Source: an uncultured Clostridia bacterium
GTDB taxonomy: Bacteria; Bacillota; Clostridia; Christensenellales; CAG-138
Assembly (NCBI GenBank): GCA_946631895.1
Contig: CAMPAN010000003.1
Coordinates: forward strand, 2,556-66,555
Length of the DNA stretch: 64,000 nt
Direction: 5' to 3'
Shown: one piece after another, positions 19,054 through 29,010 of the stretch
Position numbering within the stretch: position 1 is the stretch's first letter
How the letters are laid out: the number at the start of each line of letters is the position of its first letter
The notes under the pieces: generated by a model
Told to the model about the DNA's origin: nothing
Databases searched by the model: none
What the model saw: only the letters and a program-made list of their open reading frames with translations
Position numbers and translations under genes: made by a program

Positions 19054-19159
19054 GGATAAGCCCTCCCTCATAAAATTATATACAGTATACTATTCAAACG
19101 GCTCAAAAGTCAAGATAAATAACCGCCCCCGCCGGTATTCGACGGGAGCATATTGCGGT

Positions 19160-20104
19160 TTACGTTTCGTCGTCGTTCAGCGACTCGGCGACAATGTACA
19201 GCGGACGGTCCTTGAGCTCATCGTACATGCGTCCGAGATACATGCCCTGGATGCCGACAAAGCAGAACAGAATCGCCATGAGCAGCGTTCCTCCCGCGAC
19301 CGCCCACAGCCATTGCGGACAGCCTGCGCCGAAGATCGCCGTGAGCACAATCATTGCGGCAAGTCCGAGCACGCCGAGCACCCCCAGCACGATTCCGAAC
19401 GCGAACGGCAGTTCGAGCGGCTTTGACGAGAAATTAAAGATCCCGTCGCAGGCAAGGCGGATCATCTTCTTCAGCGTGTACTTCGTTTTGCCTGCAGCGC
19501 GCTCTTCACGTACATATTCGATCGGCACCGCCTCGAAGCCCATCCACGCGGACATGCCACGCAAAAAGCGCGCCTGTTCGCGCATCTTCAGGAATACGTC
19601 GGCAACCTTGCGGTCGAGGAGCCGGAAATCGCCGGTATCGAGCGGAATCGGATACGCGCTCATCGAAGACAGCAGGCGGTAATAGATCTTTGCCGTGAGC
19701 TTTTTGAAAAGCGTTTCGCCCTTGCGCTTTAAGCGCTTGCCGTATACGATGTCCGCGCCGTCCTTCCACATCTCCACCATCTTCGGAATCAGTTCCGGCG
19801 GATCCTGCAGGTCGACGTCGATGATGATCAGCGCATCGCCCTTTGCATGGTCCATACCGCAGGTCACGGCAAGCTGATGCCCGAAGTTCCGGGAAAGCGA
19901 AAACACCTTCACGGTGTCCGGATGCTCCTTCGCGAGCGTTCGGAGCTGCTTCATCGTGCCGTCGCGGCTGCCGTCGTTGACATAGATGATCTCATACGGA
20001 TGTCCGGTGGACTTCATTGCCGCATCCATACGCCGGTAGGATTCCATCAGGACCTCTTCTTCGTAATAGACCGGAATGATCAAAGAAAGCATCTTTTCTG
20101 CCAT
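19160..20104 (-). CDS. family 2 glycosyltransferase, polyprenyl-phosphate sugar transferase type (GtrB/ArnC-like), two C-terminal TM helices
   Basis: LSLIIPVYYEEE.., ..YVNDGSRDGT.., ..IIIDVDLQDPPE.. GGAGG lies 8 nt upstream of the ATG at 20104. Confidence 0.8.
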   Translation of the reverse strand: MAEKMLSLIIPVYYEEEVLMESYRRMDAAMKSTGHPYEIIYVNDGSRDGTMKQLRTLAKEHPDTVKVFSLSRNFGHQLAVTCGMDHAKGDALIIIDVDLQDPPELIPKMVEMWKDGADIVYGKRLKRKGETLFKKLTAKIYYRLLSSMSAYPIPLDTGDFRLLDRKVADVFLKMREQARFLRGMSAWMGFEAVPIEYVREERAAGKTKYTLKKMIRLACDGIFNFSSKPLELPFAFGIVLGVLGVLGLAAMIVLTAIFGAGCPQWLWAVAGGTLLMAILFCFVGIQGMYLGRMYDELKDRPLYIVAESLNDDET

Positions 20105-20214
20105 AGAGGCCTCCATCGTCTTTTTTATCAGTATAGCCCAAAAAAGTTTCGGTTGCAATTCCTTTTTCACAGATATATAATACTGTTGTAAATTTGTGCA
20201 AAGGAGATTATGTC

Positions 20215-21198
20215 ATGGCAATCGTAACCAGCACCGAAATGTTCAAGAAGGCATACGCCGGCGGATACGCGATCGGCGCATTCAACGTCAACAACATGGA
20301 AATCATCCAGGGCATCACCGCGGCTGCAATCGCAGAACGCGCGCCGCTGATCCTGCAGGTATCGAAGGGCGCCCGTGCATACGCGAACCACATCTACCTG
20401 ATGAAGCTCATCGAAGCGGCGATCGAGGATGCCGAACAAAACGCAGGCTTTGATCTGCCGATCTGCGTCCATCTGGACCACGGCGACAGCTTTGAGCTGT
20501 GCAAGAGCTGCATCGACGGCGGCTTCACCTCCGTTATGATCGACAAGTCCGGTCTGCCGCTCGAGGAGAACATCGCGATCACCAGACAGGTCGTTGAATA
20601 CGCGCACGATCACGGCGTGGTCGTCGAGGCAGAGCTCGGCACGCTCGCCGGCGTTGAGGATGAAGTCAACGTTTCCGCGGAGGATTCCTCCTATACGCAT
20701 CCGGACGACGTGCAGGAATTTGTCGAGCGCACCGGCTGCGACTCGCTCGCGATCGCGATCGGCACGAGCCACGGCGCATACAAGTTCACCGCGGCGCAGT
20801 GCACGCGCAATGAAAAAGGCATTCTGGTTCCCCCGCCCCTTCGCTTCGACATCCTCCGCGAAGTCGAAAAGCGTCTGCCGGGCTTCCCGATCGTTCTGCA
20901 CGGTTCCTCCTCCGTCCCGCAGGAGTTCGTCAAGATCATCAACGAGAACGGCGGCAGAATGCCCGACGCAGTCGGTATCCCCGAGGAACAGCTTCGTGAA
21001 GCTGCGCGCATGGCGGTCTGCAAGATCAACATCGACAGCGATCTGCGTCTTGCAATGACGGCATGCATCCGTCAGTACTTCAACGAGCATCCGGATCATT
21101 TCGATCCGCGTCAGTATCTGAAGCCCGCGCGTGCCGCCATCCAGAAGATGGTGCAGCACAAGCTGGTCGACGTGCTCGGCTGCAACGGCAAAGCGTAA
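20215..21198 (+). CDS. fba: class II fructose-1,6-bisphosphate aldolase
   Basis: MAIVTSTEMFKKAYAGGYAIGAFNVNNME.., ..VHLDHG.., ..GTSHGAYKF.. Confidence 0.93.
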   Translation: MAIVTSTEMFKKAYAGGYAIGAFNVNNMEIIQGITAAAIAERAPLILQVSKGARAYANHIYLMKLIEAAIEDAEQNAGFDLPICVHLDHGDSFELCKSCIDGGFTSVMIDKSGLPLEENIAITRQVVEYAHDHGVVVEAELGTLAGVEDEVNVSAEDSSYTHPDDVQEFVERTGCDSLAIAIGTSHGAYKFTAAQCTRNEKGILVPPPLRFDILREVEKRLPGFPIVLHGSSSVPQEFVKIINENGGRMPDAVGIPEEQLREAARMAVCKINIDSDLRLAMTACIRQYFNEHPDHFDPRQYLKPARAAIQKMVQHKLVDVLGCNGKA

Positions 21199-21212
21199 AT
21201 CCCGGAATAACA

Positions 21213-21243
21213 AGCGCCCGATCCGGTTTCCGGACCGGGCGCT
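21213..21243 (+). terminator. hairpin after fba
   Basis: AGCGCCCG-atccggtttccggac-CGGGCGCT followed by TTCC. The T-tract is weak. Confidence 0.45.
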
Positions 21244-21264
21244 TTCCGATGAAAGGAGCTTTTC

Positions 21265-22398
21265 ATGCAGTTCAGACGAGTCTTTGCAGCGATCGCTGCG
21301 GTGCTGTTCCTTGCAGCCGTACCGATCGCGTGCGTCGGGAAACAGGCCGACGCACTTTCCGTCCGGGATCTGTCTGTCATACACGAACCGGAATTCGGCG
21401 GCGTCTATCTCACGATGACGATCGACGATTTCAACGCGCGTGGCTTCCGCTACGGCGATTCCGTGACGATCACATTCTCGAACGGCTTTACGATGGACGA
21501 TCTCCCCTATTTCAGCGGATATTATGTGAACGTCGGCGAACCGCTGCTTGTTGCGTATCCCGGTTACGACTATATCAAAGCAGCGATCAACTACGGAAAG
21601 GACGTATGGGAGTTCGCCGGACTGGACGACAGCATGACCGCAAGCGTTACGTTAAAGGAACGCGGCAAATATCTTGACGTGCAGGAAGCCAGCGACATCC
21701 ACTATTTTGACGAGCGAGAAAAGTACCCGAGCGACGCGGTATTTGCAAATTTCCGCGCAGTCAACGTCGGACGTCTCAGCGAAAACGTACTCTATCGTTC
21801 CGCTTCCCCGTGCGACAATCAGCACAACCGCGCAGCCTATGTCGACGCGCTGGTCAAGGAAGCCGGCATAAACTGCGTCGTGGACCTTGCCGACAACGAA
21901 GCGAAGGTGCAGAAATACATGGCGGCGGACGATTTCCATTCGCCGTACTGGCTCAGCCTTTATGAAAACGGTCGCGTGATCCTGCTTTCGATGAGCATGA
22001 ACTTCCAGGCGGAAGATTTCAAAGCGAAGATCTGCGACGGTCTCAGAGCCATCAGTGCGCAGGAAGGACCGTATCTTGTCCACTGCACCGAAGGCAAGGA
22101 CCGTACAGGCTTCATGTGCATGCTGTTGGAAGCGCTTGCGGGCGCAAGCTATCGGGAGCTTGTCAACGACTACATGATCACCTACGACAACTATTACAAA
22201 ATCACGGAACAAAGCGACAAGGCAAAATACGACACGATCCTGAACCGGAACCTCGTTGCCATGATCCGCTATATCGTGAATGACGATTCGGTTGATATCA
22301 CGACTGCCGATCTTTCGGCATACGCGCGCAGCTTTCTCCTCTCGATCGGCATGACAGACGCGGAGATCGACGCCGTGCTTAAGCGGATCGCGCGGTAG
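21265..22398 (+). CDS. secreted tyrosine-phosphatase-family protein (CX5R) with N-terminal beta-barrel-like domain
   Basis: Signal peptide MQFRRVFAAIAAVLFLAAVPIACVG. HCTEGKDRTG is the CX5R P-loop. The N-terminal part resembles the SAM-hydroxide-adenosyltransferase C-terminal domain (memory-based, weak). Confidence 0.6.
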   Translation: MQFRRVFAAIAAVLFLAAVPIACVGKQADALSVRDLSVIHEPEFGGVYLTMTIDDFNARGFRYGDSVTITFSNGFTMDDLPYFSGYYVNVGEPLLVAYPGYDYIKAAINYGKDVWEFAGLDDSMTASVTLKERGKYLDVQEASDIHYFDEREKYPSDAVFANFRAVNVGRLSENVLYRSASPCDNQHNRAAYVDALVKEAGINCVVDLADNEAKVQKYMAADDFHSPYWLSLYENGRVILLSMSMNFQAEDFKAKICDGLRAISAQEGPYLVHCTEGKDRTGFMCMLLEALAGASYRELVNDYMITYDNYYKITEQSDKAKYDTILNRNLVAMIRYIVNDDSVDITTADLSAYARSFLLSIGMTDAEIDAVLKRIAR

Positions 22399-22413
22399 AA
22401 TCCGTACAGGAAG

Positions 22414-22447
22414 CAAAAACCGTCCGAGCAATCGGACGGTTTTCGTT
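22414..22447. terminator. bidirectional terminator between convergent genes
   Basis: AAAAACCGTCCG-agcaat-CGGACGGTTTTCGTTTT. Confidence 0.8.
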
Positions 22448-22459
22448 TTGGATATTCCG

Positions 22460-23176
22460 TTATGCTTCCGGCGCCGGTTCTTGCGCTTCTACCGGATGCA
22501 TCTCGCGGTAGAACCCCGCTTCCGCAAGCGCCATGTACGGTCCGGTATAAAAGATCGCAAGCACGCCGCAGGTCAGGATCGTCAGCAGGATCCAGCCGAT
22601 GAAGGAAAGCTCGAGTACGAACAGTTCCCCCTTGTGTCCCTTCATGTTTTCCCACGACTTGCGGATCGCTTCCATGCCCGAAAGCTCCCGGTTCTCCGCA
22701 AGCATGTACGGAACTTCATACAGTCCGAGCGCAACAATGATGCCGGGCACAAAGAAGCACATGAAGCCGAGCAGAATAAACAGCGTCTGAAGCGCCATCG
22801 TGCCGATGTTCTTCTTATACGGTTTCAGTCCTGAGAACAAATCGACAACTCTGAACGGCTCTTTGCGATACGCCCTCAGACGGATCCCGGAGATGCCGAC
22901 CTTGATCGCGTTGCCGAACAGGAACGAATACAGCAGTCCGACGATAGACGCGATCAGTGTAACGCCTGCGATCACGGCGAGGATTCCCGCAAAGACCTTT
23001 GCGGTCTCCGGATCGTTTGCCGTCTCTTTGAAGTTTATACTGTTGCCGCCTGCTCCGCCGGAGAAGCCGCCGGCGCCTCCCATCAGCGCTCCTGCGATCA
23101 GTTCAATGCCGATAATCGGCCAGTACCGAAACCGGAGCGCTTCCTTTGCATTCTGTTTGATTTGCTTTCTGTTCAC
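22460..23176 (-). CDS. DUF975-family integral membrane protein
   Basis: (GTG)NRKQIKQNAKEALRFRYWPIIGIELIAGALMG.. is a typical DUF975 N-terminus. Several TM helices are present. Confidence 0.65.
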   Translation of the reverse strand: MNRKQIKQNAKEALRFRYWPIIGIELIAGALMGGAGGFSGGAGGNSINFKETANDPETAKVFAGILAVIAGVTLIASIVGLLYSFLFGNAIKVGISGIRLRAYRKEPFRVVDLFSGLKPYKKNIGTMALQTLFILLGFMCFFVPGIIVALGLYEVPYMLAENRELSGMEAIRKSWENMKGHKGELFVLELSFIGWILLTILTCGVLAIFYTGPYMALAEAGFYREMHPVEAQEPAPEA

Positions 23177-23296
23177 AAAAGCTCCCCCTTTCTCTTTATA
23201 AAGGGAATTATAGCAATCCCCGTCTGTTTTGTCCAGTACCGTATAATTATGTTTTTAATAAACATACTACGCATAAAACGGATCGAGAGGAAAACA

Positions 23297-24085
23297 ATGC
23301 AGCATAAAAGAAAGCTAATCGGCGTCGCGCTGGGCTCCGGCGGTATGCGCGGGCTTGCGCATATCGGCATTCTGCAGGTACTTGAGGAATCGGATATCCC
23401 GATCGACTTTGTCTCCGGCGCGTCCGTCGGCGCATTCATGGGCGCGGCATACGCAGCCGAAATGGACCTGTACGCCCTCGGCGCATTCGCCGCAAGGCTC
23501 AGCCGTCGCGACGTTCTCGACCCGCCGAATCCGTTCCGGTCCGGCGTGTTCTCCGGAAAGAAGTTCCTGAAGCTCTGCGCGATCGTCACGGAGAACCGCA
23601 CGTTTCAAGAAACCTGCGTTCCGTTCTGGTGCTCCGCCGTCGACCTCGAAACCAGCCTGACCTGTTATCTGCACGAGGGTTCGCTTGCCGAAGCGGTCCG
23701 CGCAAGCATCGCGATTCCGGGGCTCTTGCGACCTTATTCGATCGGCGGCAGGACCTACGTCGACGGCGGAACGGTCGAAGCGATCCCCGTTGACATTCTC
23801 CGTGAAAACGGCGCGAACATCGTGATCGGCGTCGACCTTTCGATCCCTGCGCCGTATGCGCCGCGAAAATCCACGCCATATTCGGTGGCGTTTCGTTCGG
23901 TGGATATCATGCGTGCGGCAATCGACCGGCTGAAGCCCCCCGGTGCCGACGTTCTGATCCGTCCCGACGTTTCGTTCATGGGCAGGCTCGTTCCGCATGA
24001 CGCCGCAAAGTGCATCGCGATCGGCAGAGCCGCCGCCGCAAAAGCGCTGCCGGCGATCCGGCGTCTGCTTGCACAGCACGCATAA
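23297..24085 (+). CDS. patatin-like phospholipase
   Basis: GVALGSGGMRGLAHIGILQVLEE.. (GGxR oxyanion motif), GASVG (GxSxG) and ..YVDGG.. (Asp dyad). The start is placed at ATG 23297. Confidence 0.85.
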   Translation: MQHKRKLIGVALGSGGMRGLAHIGILQVLEESDIPIDFVSGASVGAFMGAAYAAEMDLYALGAFAARLSRRDVLDPPNPFRSGVFSGKKFLKLCAIVTENRTFQETCVPFWCSAVDLETSLTCYLHEGSLAEAVRASIAIPGLLRPYSIGGRTYVDGGTVEAIPVDILRENGANIVIGVDLSIPAPYAPRKSTPYSVAFRSVDIMRAAIDRLKPPGADVLIRPDVSFMGRLVPHDAAKCIAIGRAAAAKALPAIRRLLAQHA

Positions 24086-24123
24086 ACGGTAAAAAACAGG
24101 CATAGCGTTTCTCGGAGGACGCT

Positions 24124-25137
24124 ATGCTTTTTGCTCTGTCGCTGTTGATTCTGTTCGGGCTGATTGCCGTGCCGGACGCCGCGTTTTCCGCCGCGTCGGA
24201 CGCTGCGCTTTTATGGTGGACGCGGGTTTTGCCTTCGCTGCTGCCGTACCTCGCCGCGTCGTCGCTGCTGCTGCGAAGCGGTGTTCTTTCCCGTCTGAAC
24301 GGCAAAGCATCAATGCTGCTCCTGCCGCTCGGGCTCCTGGGCGGCTATCCGGTCGGCGCAAAGCTCGCGGGAAAGCTGTATCGCGACGGCACGCTGTCGC
24401 TTTCAGACGCGCAGGCCGCCTTCGCATTCTGCAACCTCCCGAATCCGGTATTTCTGATCTCCGTCGTCGCCGCGGGCTTTTTTCACAACCCGAAAGCCGC
24501 GCTGCCGCTGCTTTGCGGCATTTACGGAACGGCGCTTTTCGGTTTGATTCCGCTGTCCCGTGTCTGCATGTCGGTCGTACGTACCGCCGAATCTCATGCG
24601 ATGTCCGATGCGCTGCCGGAAGCAATCTCCGACGGCATGCAGGCGATCCTGAACATCGGCGGGTGTCTTGTCTTTGCTTCCGTTCTCGGCGCGCTGCTGG
24701 AATCTTCCGGTGTCTTTCGGCTGTTCGGAGCGAATGCGCCGACCGTCCGCGCCTGTACGCTCGGGCTTTTTGAAATGACCTCCGGCATATCCAAGCTTTC
24801 CGCGCTGCCGCTTTCGCTTCCGCTGCGGCTTGCGCTGACCGCGTTTCTGCTGCAGTTCGGCGGGATCTCGGTGCTGCTGCAGAGCGCGTCGCTGCTTCCG
24901 CTGTCTCTGCCGCGCTATTGCCTGATCCGGCTGATTACCGCCCTCGCTGCCGCGCTTGCGGTCTTTTTCCTTACGCCGCTGTTCTGTCCGGACGCCGCCG
25001 TTCCCACGCTTGCGACCGGCGCGGAAATGCTCCGCAACACGTTCGATCTCTTTGCAGTCTCGCTCTCCTCCGCCTTCGGGCTTCTGCTCGTCTTCGTCTT
25101 TACCTTCGGGCTGTCCAAAAGAAAAAGGACGCCGTAA
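24124..25137 (+). CDS. ylbJ: sporulation integral membrane protein YlbJ-like (nucleoside-recognition-domain family)
   Basis: ..ASDAALLWWTRVLPSLLPYLAASSLLLRSG.. Polytopic membrane protein. GGAGGA RBS present. Confidence 0.65.
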   Translation: MLFALSLLILFGLIAVPDAAFSAASDAALLWWTRVLPSLLPYLAASSLLLRSGVLSRLNGKASMLLLPLGLLGGYPVGAKLAGKLYRDGTLSLSDAQAAFAFCNLPNPVFLISVVAAGFFHNPKAALPLLCGIYGTALFGLIPLSRVCMSVVRTAESHAMSDALPEAISDGMQAILNIGGCLVFASVLGALLESSGVFRLFGANAPTVRACTLGLFEMTSGISKLSALPLSLPLRLALTAFLLQFGGISVLLQSASLLPLSLPRYCLIRLITALAAALAVFFLTPLFCPDAAVPTLATGAEMLRNTFDLFAVSLSSAFGLLLVFVFTFGLSKRKRTP

Positions 25138-25160
25138 AGCGTCCTTTCGGGGATTGTTCC

Positions 25161-26186
25161 TTATGCTTCGACGACAGCAGTGATGAGCCGCAGGGTCGCG
25201 TCGAGCGCGTCCTCGTGCGTGCGCTCATAGCCGTGGGTTTCGCGCACGCCCGGTCCGATCAGCGCGTGGCGCACATCATAGCCCGCGCGTAAGCTGACGT
25301 CCGCGTCCGAGCCGTAGCTCGGGACCATCATGTCGAGCGCGTACGGGATGCCGTTCTTTTCGCAGAGCCTGACAAGCTCGTCGGTCAGCACCGTGTGATA
25401 CGGGAACGCCGCGTCCTTCGTGGCGATCGTGACCTTGTGCTCGCTGCTGTCGTGGTCGAGTCCGATGCAGCCGATGTCGACCGCAATGAGGTCCTTGGTG
25501 TCCGCGGGGATGCCGCAGGCGCCGCCGTGCCCGATCTCCTCGTATTCGGTGAACAGCAGGCTGACCTTGCGGTTCAATTTGACTCTGCCGTCCGCAACGC
25601 GCTGCGCCAAAGCTAAAAGCGTCGCCGCGCTTGCCTTGTCGTCGAGATAGCGGCTCTTGACGAAGCCCTTCTCGGTCTCCTGATAGCGCGTTTCGATCGC
25701 GACCTGATCGCCGCAGGTGATGCCGAGCTTCTCAACGTCCGCGCGGGAATACACGTCCTCGTCGAGAAGCAGCACAAGGTTCGTGTCGAGGTCCATCGGC
25801 GTGTCCTTTTCGGACTGGCTCATCAGATGCACGCTCGGGTTCTTGCGGCGGACCGTGCCGGTATAGACCTTGCCGTTCCGCGCATGCACGCGGCAGTTCC
25901 AGTCGAGCGCGTAATACGGATGCACACCGCCGACCTTGATGACGGACAGCGTTCCGTCCGCATTGATCTGCCGGACCATGAGCCCGATCGCATCGACGTG
26001 CACGGCGATCGTGACGGGGTTGCCCTCGCCGCCGAGATCGAACCGTACGCCGCCCTTATTGAGCTGCACGGCTTTGATTCCCATCCGCTTTGCCTCGGCA
26101 AGCAGGTACTCGTCCATGTCCACAAAGAAGCCGGTCGTGCTGTCGATCGCCATCAGATCGCGCAGCGTCTTCTTAAGCTGTTCCAT
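25161..26186 (-). CDS. M42-family metallopeptidase (glutamyl aminopeptidase/endoglucanase-like)
   Basis: MEQLKKTLRDLMAIDSTTGF.., ..AVHVDAIGLMV.., ..FTEYEEIGHGGA.. Confidence 0.8.
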   Translation of the reverse strand: MEQLKKTLRDLMAIDSTTGFFVDMDEYLLAEAKRMGIKAVQLNKGGVRFDLGGEGNPVTIAVHVDAIGLMVRQINADGTLSVIKVGGVHPYYALDWNCRVHARNGKVYTGTVRRKNPSVHLMSQSEKDTPMDLDTNLVLLLDEDVYSRADVEKLGITCGDQVAIETRYQETEKGFVKSRYLDDKASAATLLALAQRVADGRVKLNRKVSLLFTEYEEIGHGGACGIPADTKDLIAVDIGCIGLDHDSSEHKVTIATKDAAFPYHTVLTDELVRLCEKNGIPYALDMMVPSYGSDADVSLRAGYDVRHALIGPGVRETHGYERTHEDALDATLRLITAVVEA

Positions 26187-26195
26187 AGACCCTCC

Positions 26196-27251
26196 TCAGT
26201 TCGACGCCTTGATCTTGTCCCAGGCGGCGTTGAACACTTCGACGAATTCGCCGAGGTCATGGAAGACTTCGCAGCGATCCAGGACGTCCTGCGGCGGATT
26301 GTAGGTCTCATCCTCGGTATAGTCCGGTCCGAGACGATCCATCGCAGCCTTGTTCGGGGTCGTGTAGCCGATATATTCGGTATTGCGCGTCGCATTCTCG
26401 GCGTCGTTCAGGAAGTTGATAAACGCATGCGCCGCATCGACGTTCTTTGCATTCTTGGGAATGATGACATTGTCAAACCAGACATTGCTGCCCTCCTTCG
26501 GGACAACAAACGCAAGGTCCTCGTTCTCGCCGATGCAGGCGACTGCATCGCCGGAATAAACGACCGCAAGCGCCGCCTTGTTGTTGACCATGGAGGTGCG
26601 CATGTTATCGGTACCGAAGCCTTTGCGGAGCGGCGCCTGTGCAATCAGCAGATCGCGCGCGGCGTTGACTTCATCGGCGTTGCGCGTGTTCATATCATAA
26701 CCGAGATATTTCAGTGTAATGCCAATGGTGTCGCGGACGCTGTCGTACATCCAGATCTTGCCGGCGTACTTTTCATTCCAGAGGATCCCCCAGCTATCCA
26801 CCGGCTCGTCGACCATCTTGGTGTTATAGAGGATGCCGACGGTGCCCCACATATACGGAAGCGAATACTTGTTGCCCGGATCAAAGCTGTCGGTGATCTC
26901 CTTCATCTTCGGATCGATGTTCGCTGCATTCGGGATCTTGCTGTAATCCAGCGGAAGCAGCATGTCCTCGCGGATCATCTGCTCGATGATGTAGTCAGAC
27001 GGGAAGCAGAGGTCATAATTGCTGTCGGAGGAACGGAGCTTGATCAGCATTTCCTCATTGCTTGTCATCTCGATATAATTGACCTTGATGCCGGTCTGAT
27101 CTTCAAATTCATCGATCAGGTCGGGATCAATGTATTCGCCCCAATTCAAGACGTTCAGCTCGCGATTCGGTTCCGCGGTCTTCGAGCCGCACGCAGCAAA
27201 CGCAAGGATCATGCATGCCGCAAAAACGAGGCAAAGGATCTTCTTCATCAT
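26196..27251 (-). CDS. potD: spermidine/putrescine ABC transporter substrate-binding lipoprotein
   Basis: Lipobox ..ILAFAACGSK. PotD-like ..LNVLNWGEYIDPDLIDEFE.. Last gene of the pot operon. Confidence 0.85.
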   Translation of the reverse strand: MMKKILCLVFAACMILAFAACGSKTAEPNRELNVLNWGEYIDPDLIDEFEDQTGIKVNYIEMTSNEEMLIKLRSSDSNYDLCFPSDYIIEQMIREDMLLPLDYSKIPNAANIDPKMKEITDSFDPGNKYSLPYMWGTVGILYNTKMVDEPVDSWGILWNEKYAGKIWMYDSVRDTIGITLKYLGYDMNTRNADEVNAARDLLIAQAPLRKGFGTDNMRTSMVNNKAALAVVYSGDAVACIGENEDLAFVVPKEGSNVWFDNVIIPKNAKNVDAAHAFINFLNDAENATRNTEYIGYTTPNKAAMDRLGPDYTEDETYNPPQDVLDRCEVFHDLGEFVEVFNAAWDKIKASN

Positions 27252-27273
27252 TGTTCTTTTCTCCTTATGGTTT

Positions 27274-28176
27274 TTATTTCAGTTTGACTTTCTTGTTTTG
27301 GATCTCATACTCGCGCTCCTTTGCCAGTCTTCTCAAATTGACGGCAAGCAGCATCGCCACGAGCGGGATAAAGATGATCGTTGCCAGCGCCGGATTGACG
27401 CCGATCTTGCCCTTCTGGGTATTCGAGTAGATGAATACGGACAAAACCTGCGAATCTGCCGTGAAGTAGCTGACGACGAAATCGTCGAGCGACATGGTCA
27501 GCGCCATGATAAAGCCGGATGTGATACCGGGCATGATATCCGGAATGACCGCTTTGATGAGCGCCTTGAACGGCGAGCAGCCGAGATCGAGCGCCGCTTC
27601 ATACAGCATATCCGAGCTCTGTTTGAGACGCGGCAGGACCGAGAAGATCACATACGGGATGCTGAACGATATATGTGCGATCAGCAGCTTCAGAAAGTCG
27701 CTGATCTCCAATCCGAACAGCGTATTGACGAACGCGAACAGCATCATGAACGTGATGCCGGTCACGAGATCGGGATTCACCATCGGGAGCTGCGAGACCG
27801 AAAGCACGACGGTGCGCGTGCGTTTCTTCATGACGTTGATGCCGATCGCCGCCGCCGTTCCGATGATCGTCGCAACGACGCTCGAAACGAGCGCGACCTC
27901 TAAGGTCAGGATCAGCGCGTTTCCCGCCTTGTTGGAGAACAGACGTCCGGACGTCAGATTGTCCCACGTGAATCCTCTGAACCTGCCGAAGATGGAACCG
28001 TAGTTCTCGAACGTGAACCCGTTCCATTTCCCGAGGTTCTTGAAGATCGTATCCCCGTTGAAATCCACATGAAACTTGTTGAACGAGAACAGGATCAGGT
28101 AGATGATCGGCAGGTACAGGAACAGCAGCATGATGCCGAGATAGACATATTTAAAGGAGCGCCATAACCGTTTCAC
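27274..28176 (-). CDS. potC: spermidine/putrescine ABC transporter permease
   Basis: Polytopic permease with an EAA-loop-like motif ..YEAALDLGCSPFKA.. Confidence 0.85.
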   Translation of the reverse strand: MKRLWRSFKYVYLGIMLLFLYLPIIYLILFSFNKFHVDFNGDTIFKNLGKWNGFTFENYGSIFGRFRGFTWDNLTSGRLFSNKAGNALILTLEVALVSSVVATIIGTAAAIGINVMKKRTRTVVLSVSQLPMVNPDLVTGITFMMLFAFVNTLFGLEISDFLKLLIAHISFSIPYVIFSVLPRLKQSSDMLYEAALDLGCSPFKALIKAVIPDIMPGITSGFIMALTMSLDDFVVSYFTADSQVLSVFIYSNTQKGKIGVNPALATIIFIPLVAMLLAVNLRRLAKEREYEIQNKKVKLK

Positions 28177-28997
28177 AGAATGCTGCCTCCTTCCTTATCC
28201 TTGTCAAACCGGTTCATGATGACCGTGCTGACGACGATGCACAGCAGCAGGATAATAGACAGCGTCGACCCGACGGAAAAGTCGTTTTTGTGGTAGCCTG
28301 CCGCCGAAGTGATCGCCGTTTCTATCTTGTTGCCGTACAGCATATATGCGCCGTTGCCGATCAGCGCAGGAACGGTGAACGCCGTGATCGACGGAACAAA
28401 CACCATCGTGATGCCGGAAACGATGCCCGGCACCGACAGAGGAAGCACGACCCGAAAGAAGGTTTTCACGCCGTTTGCGCCGAGATCGCGCGACGCCTCA
28501 AGCAAGCTCTTGTCAAGTTTGCTGAGCGTATTGTAAAGCGGCATGACCATGAACGGCAGAAAGTCGTAGACAAGCACGAGCAGCACGGCAATCGTTCTGC
28601 CGGACGCCGTATCCGTCAACGATTCGGTCACGCCGAACAGCTCCGGGATCGCATACTCGATGATCGCGCTCCACGCGTACGTACGCAACACAAAATTCAT
28701 CCACATCGGAACGAAGAACAGGATCGAAATAAAGCCCGCGACCGATTTCTTCATGTTCGACAGGATATATGCGATCGGATAGCCCAAAAGCAGGCAGATC
28801 GCCGTCGTGCCGAACGCAAATTCGATACTGACCCAGAGAATGCGCCAGTTGTCCGCGTCCTTCAGCGTGGAAAAGAACTTCTCCGCCGTCCAAGTCCCGT
28901 CCACGTTGAACGCATAGTAGAAGATGAACAGCATCGGCACGGCGATGAACAGGATCATCCAGACGATATACGGATAAGCAAAGAATTTTCGCTTCAT
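28173..28997 (-). CDS. potB: spermidine/putrescine ABC transporter permease
   Basis: ..LLEASRDLGANGVKTFFRVVLP.. is an EAA loop. There is a 4-nt overlap with potC. Confidence 0.85.
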   Translation of the reverse strand: MKRKFFAYPYIVWMILFIAVPMLFIFYYAFNVDGTWTAEKFFSTLKDADNWRILWVSIEFAFGTTAICLLLGYPIAYILSNMKKSVAGFISILFFVPMWMNFVLRTYAWSAIIEYAIPELFGVTESLTDTASGRTIAVLLVLVYDFLPFMVMPLYNTLSKLDKSLLEASRDLGANGVKTFFRVVLPLSVPGIVSGITMVFVPSITAFTVPALIGNGAYMLYGNKIETAITSAAGYHKNDFSVGSTLSIILLLCIVVSTVIMNRFDKDKEGGSIL

Positions 28998-29010
28998 GTC
29001 CCCTGCCCTC

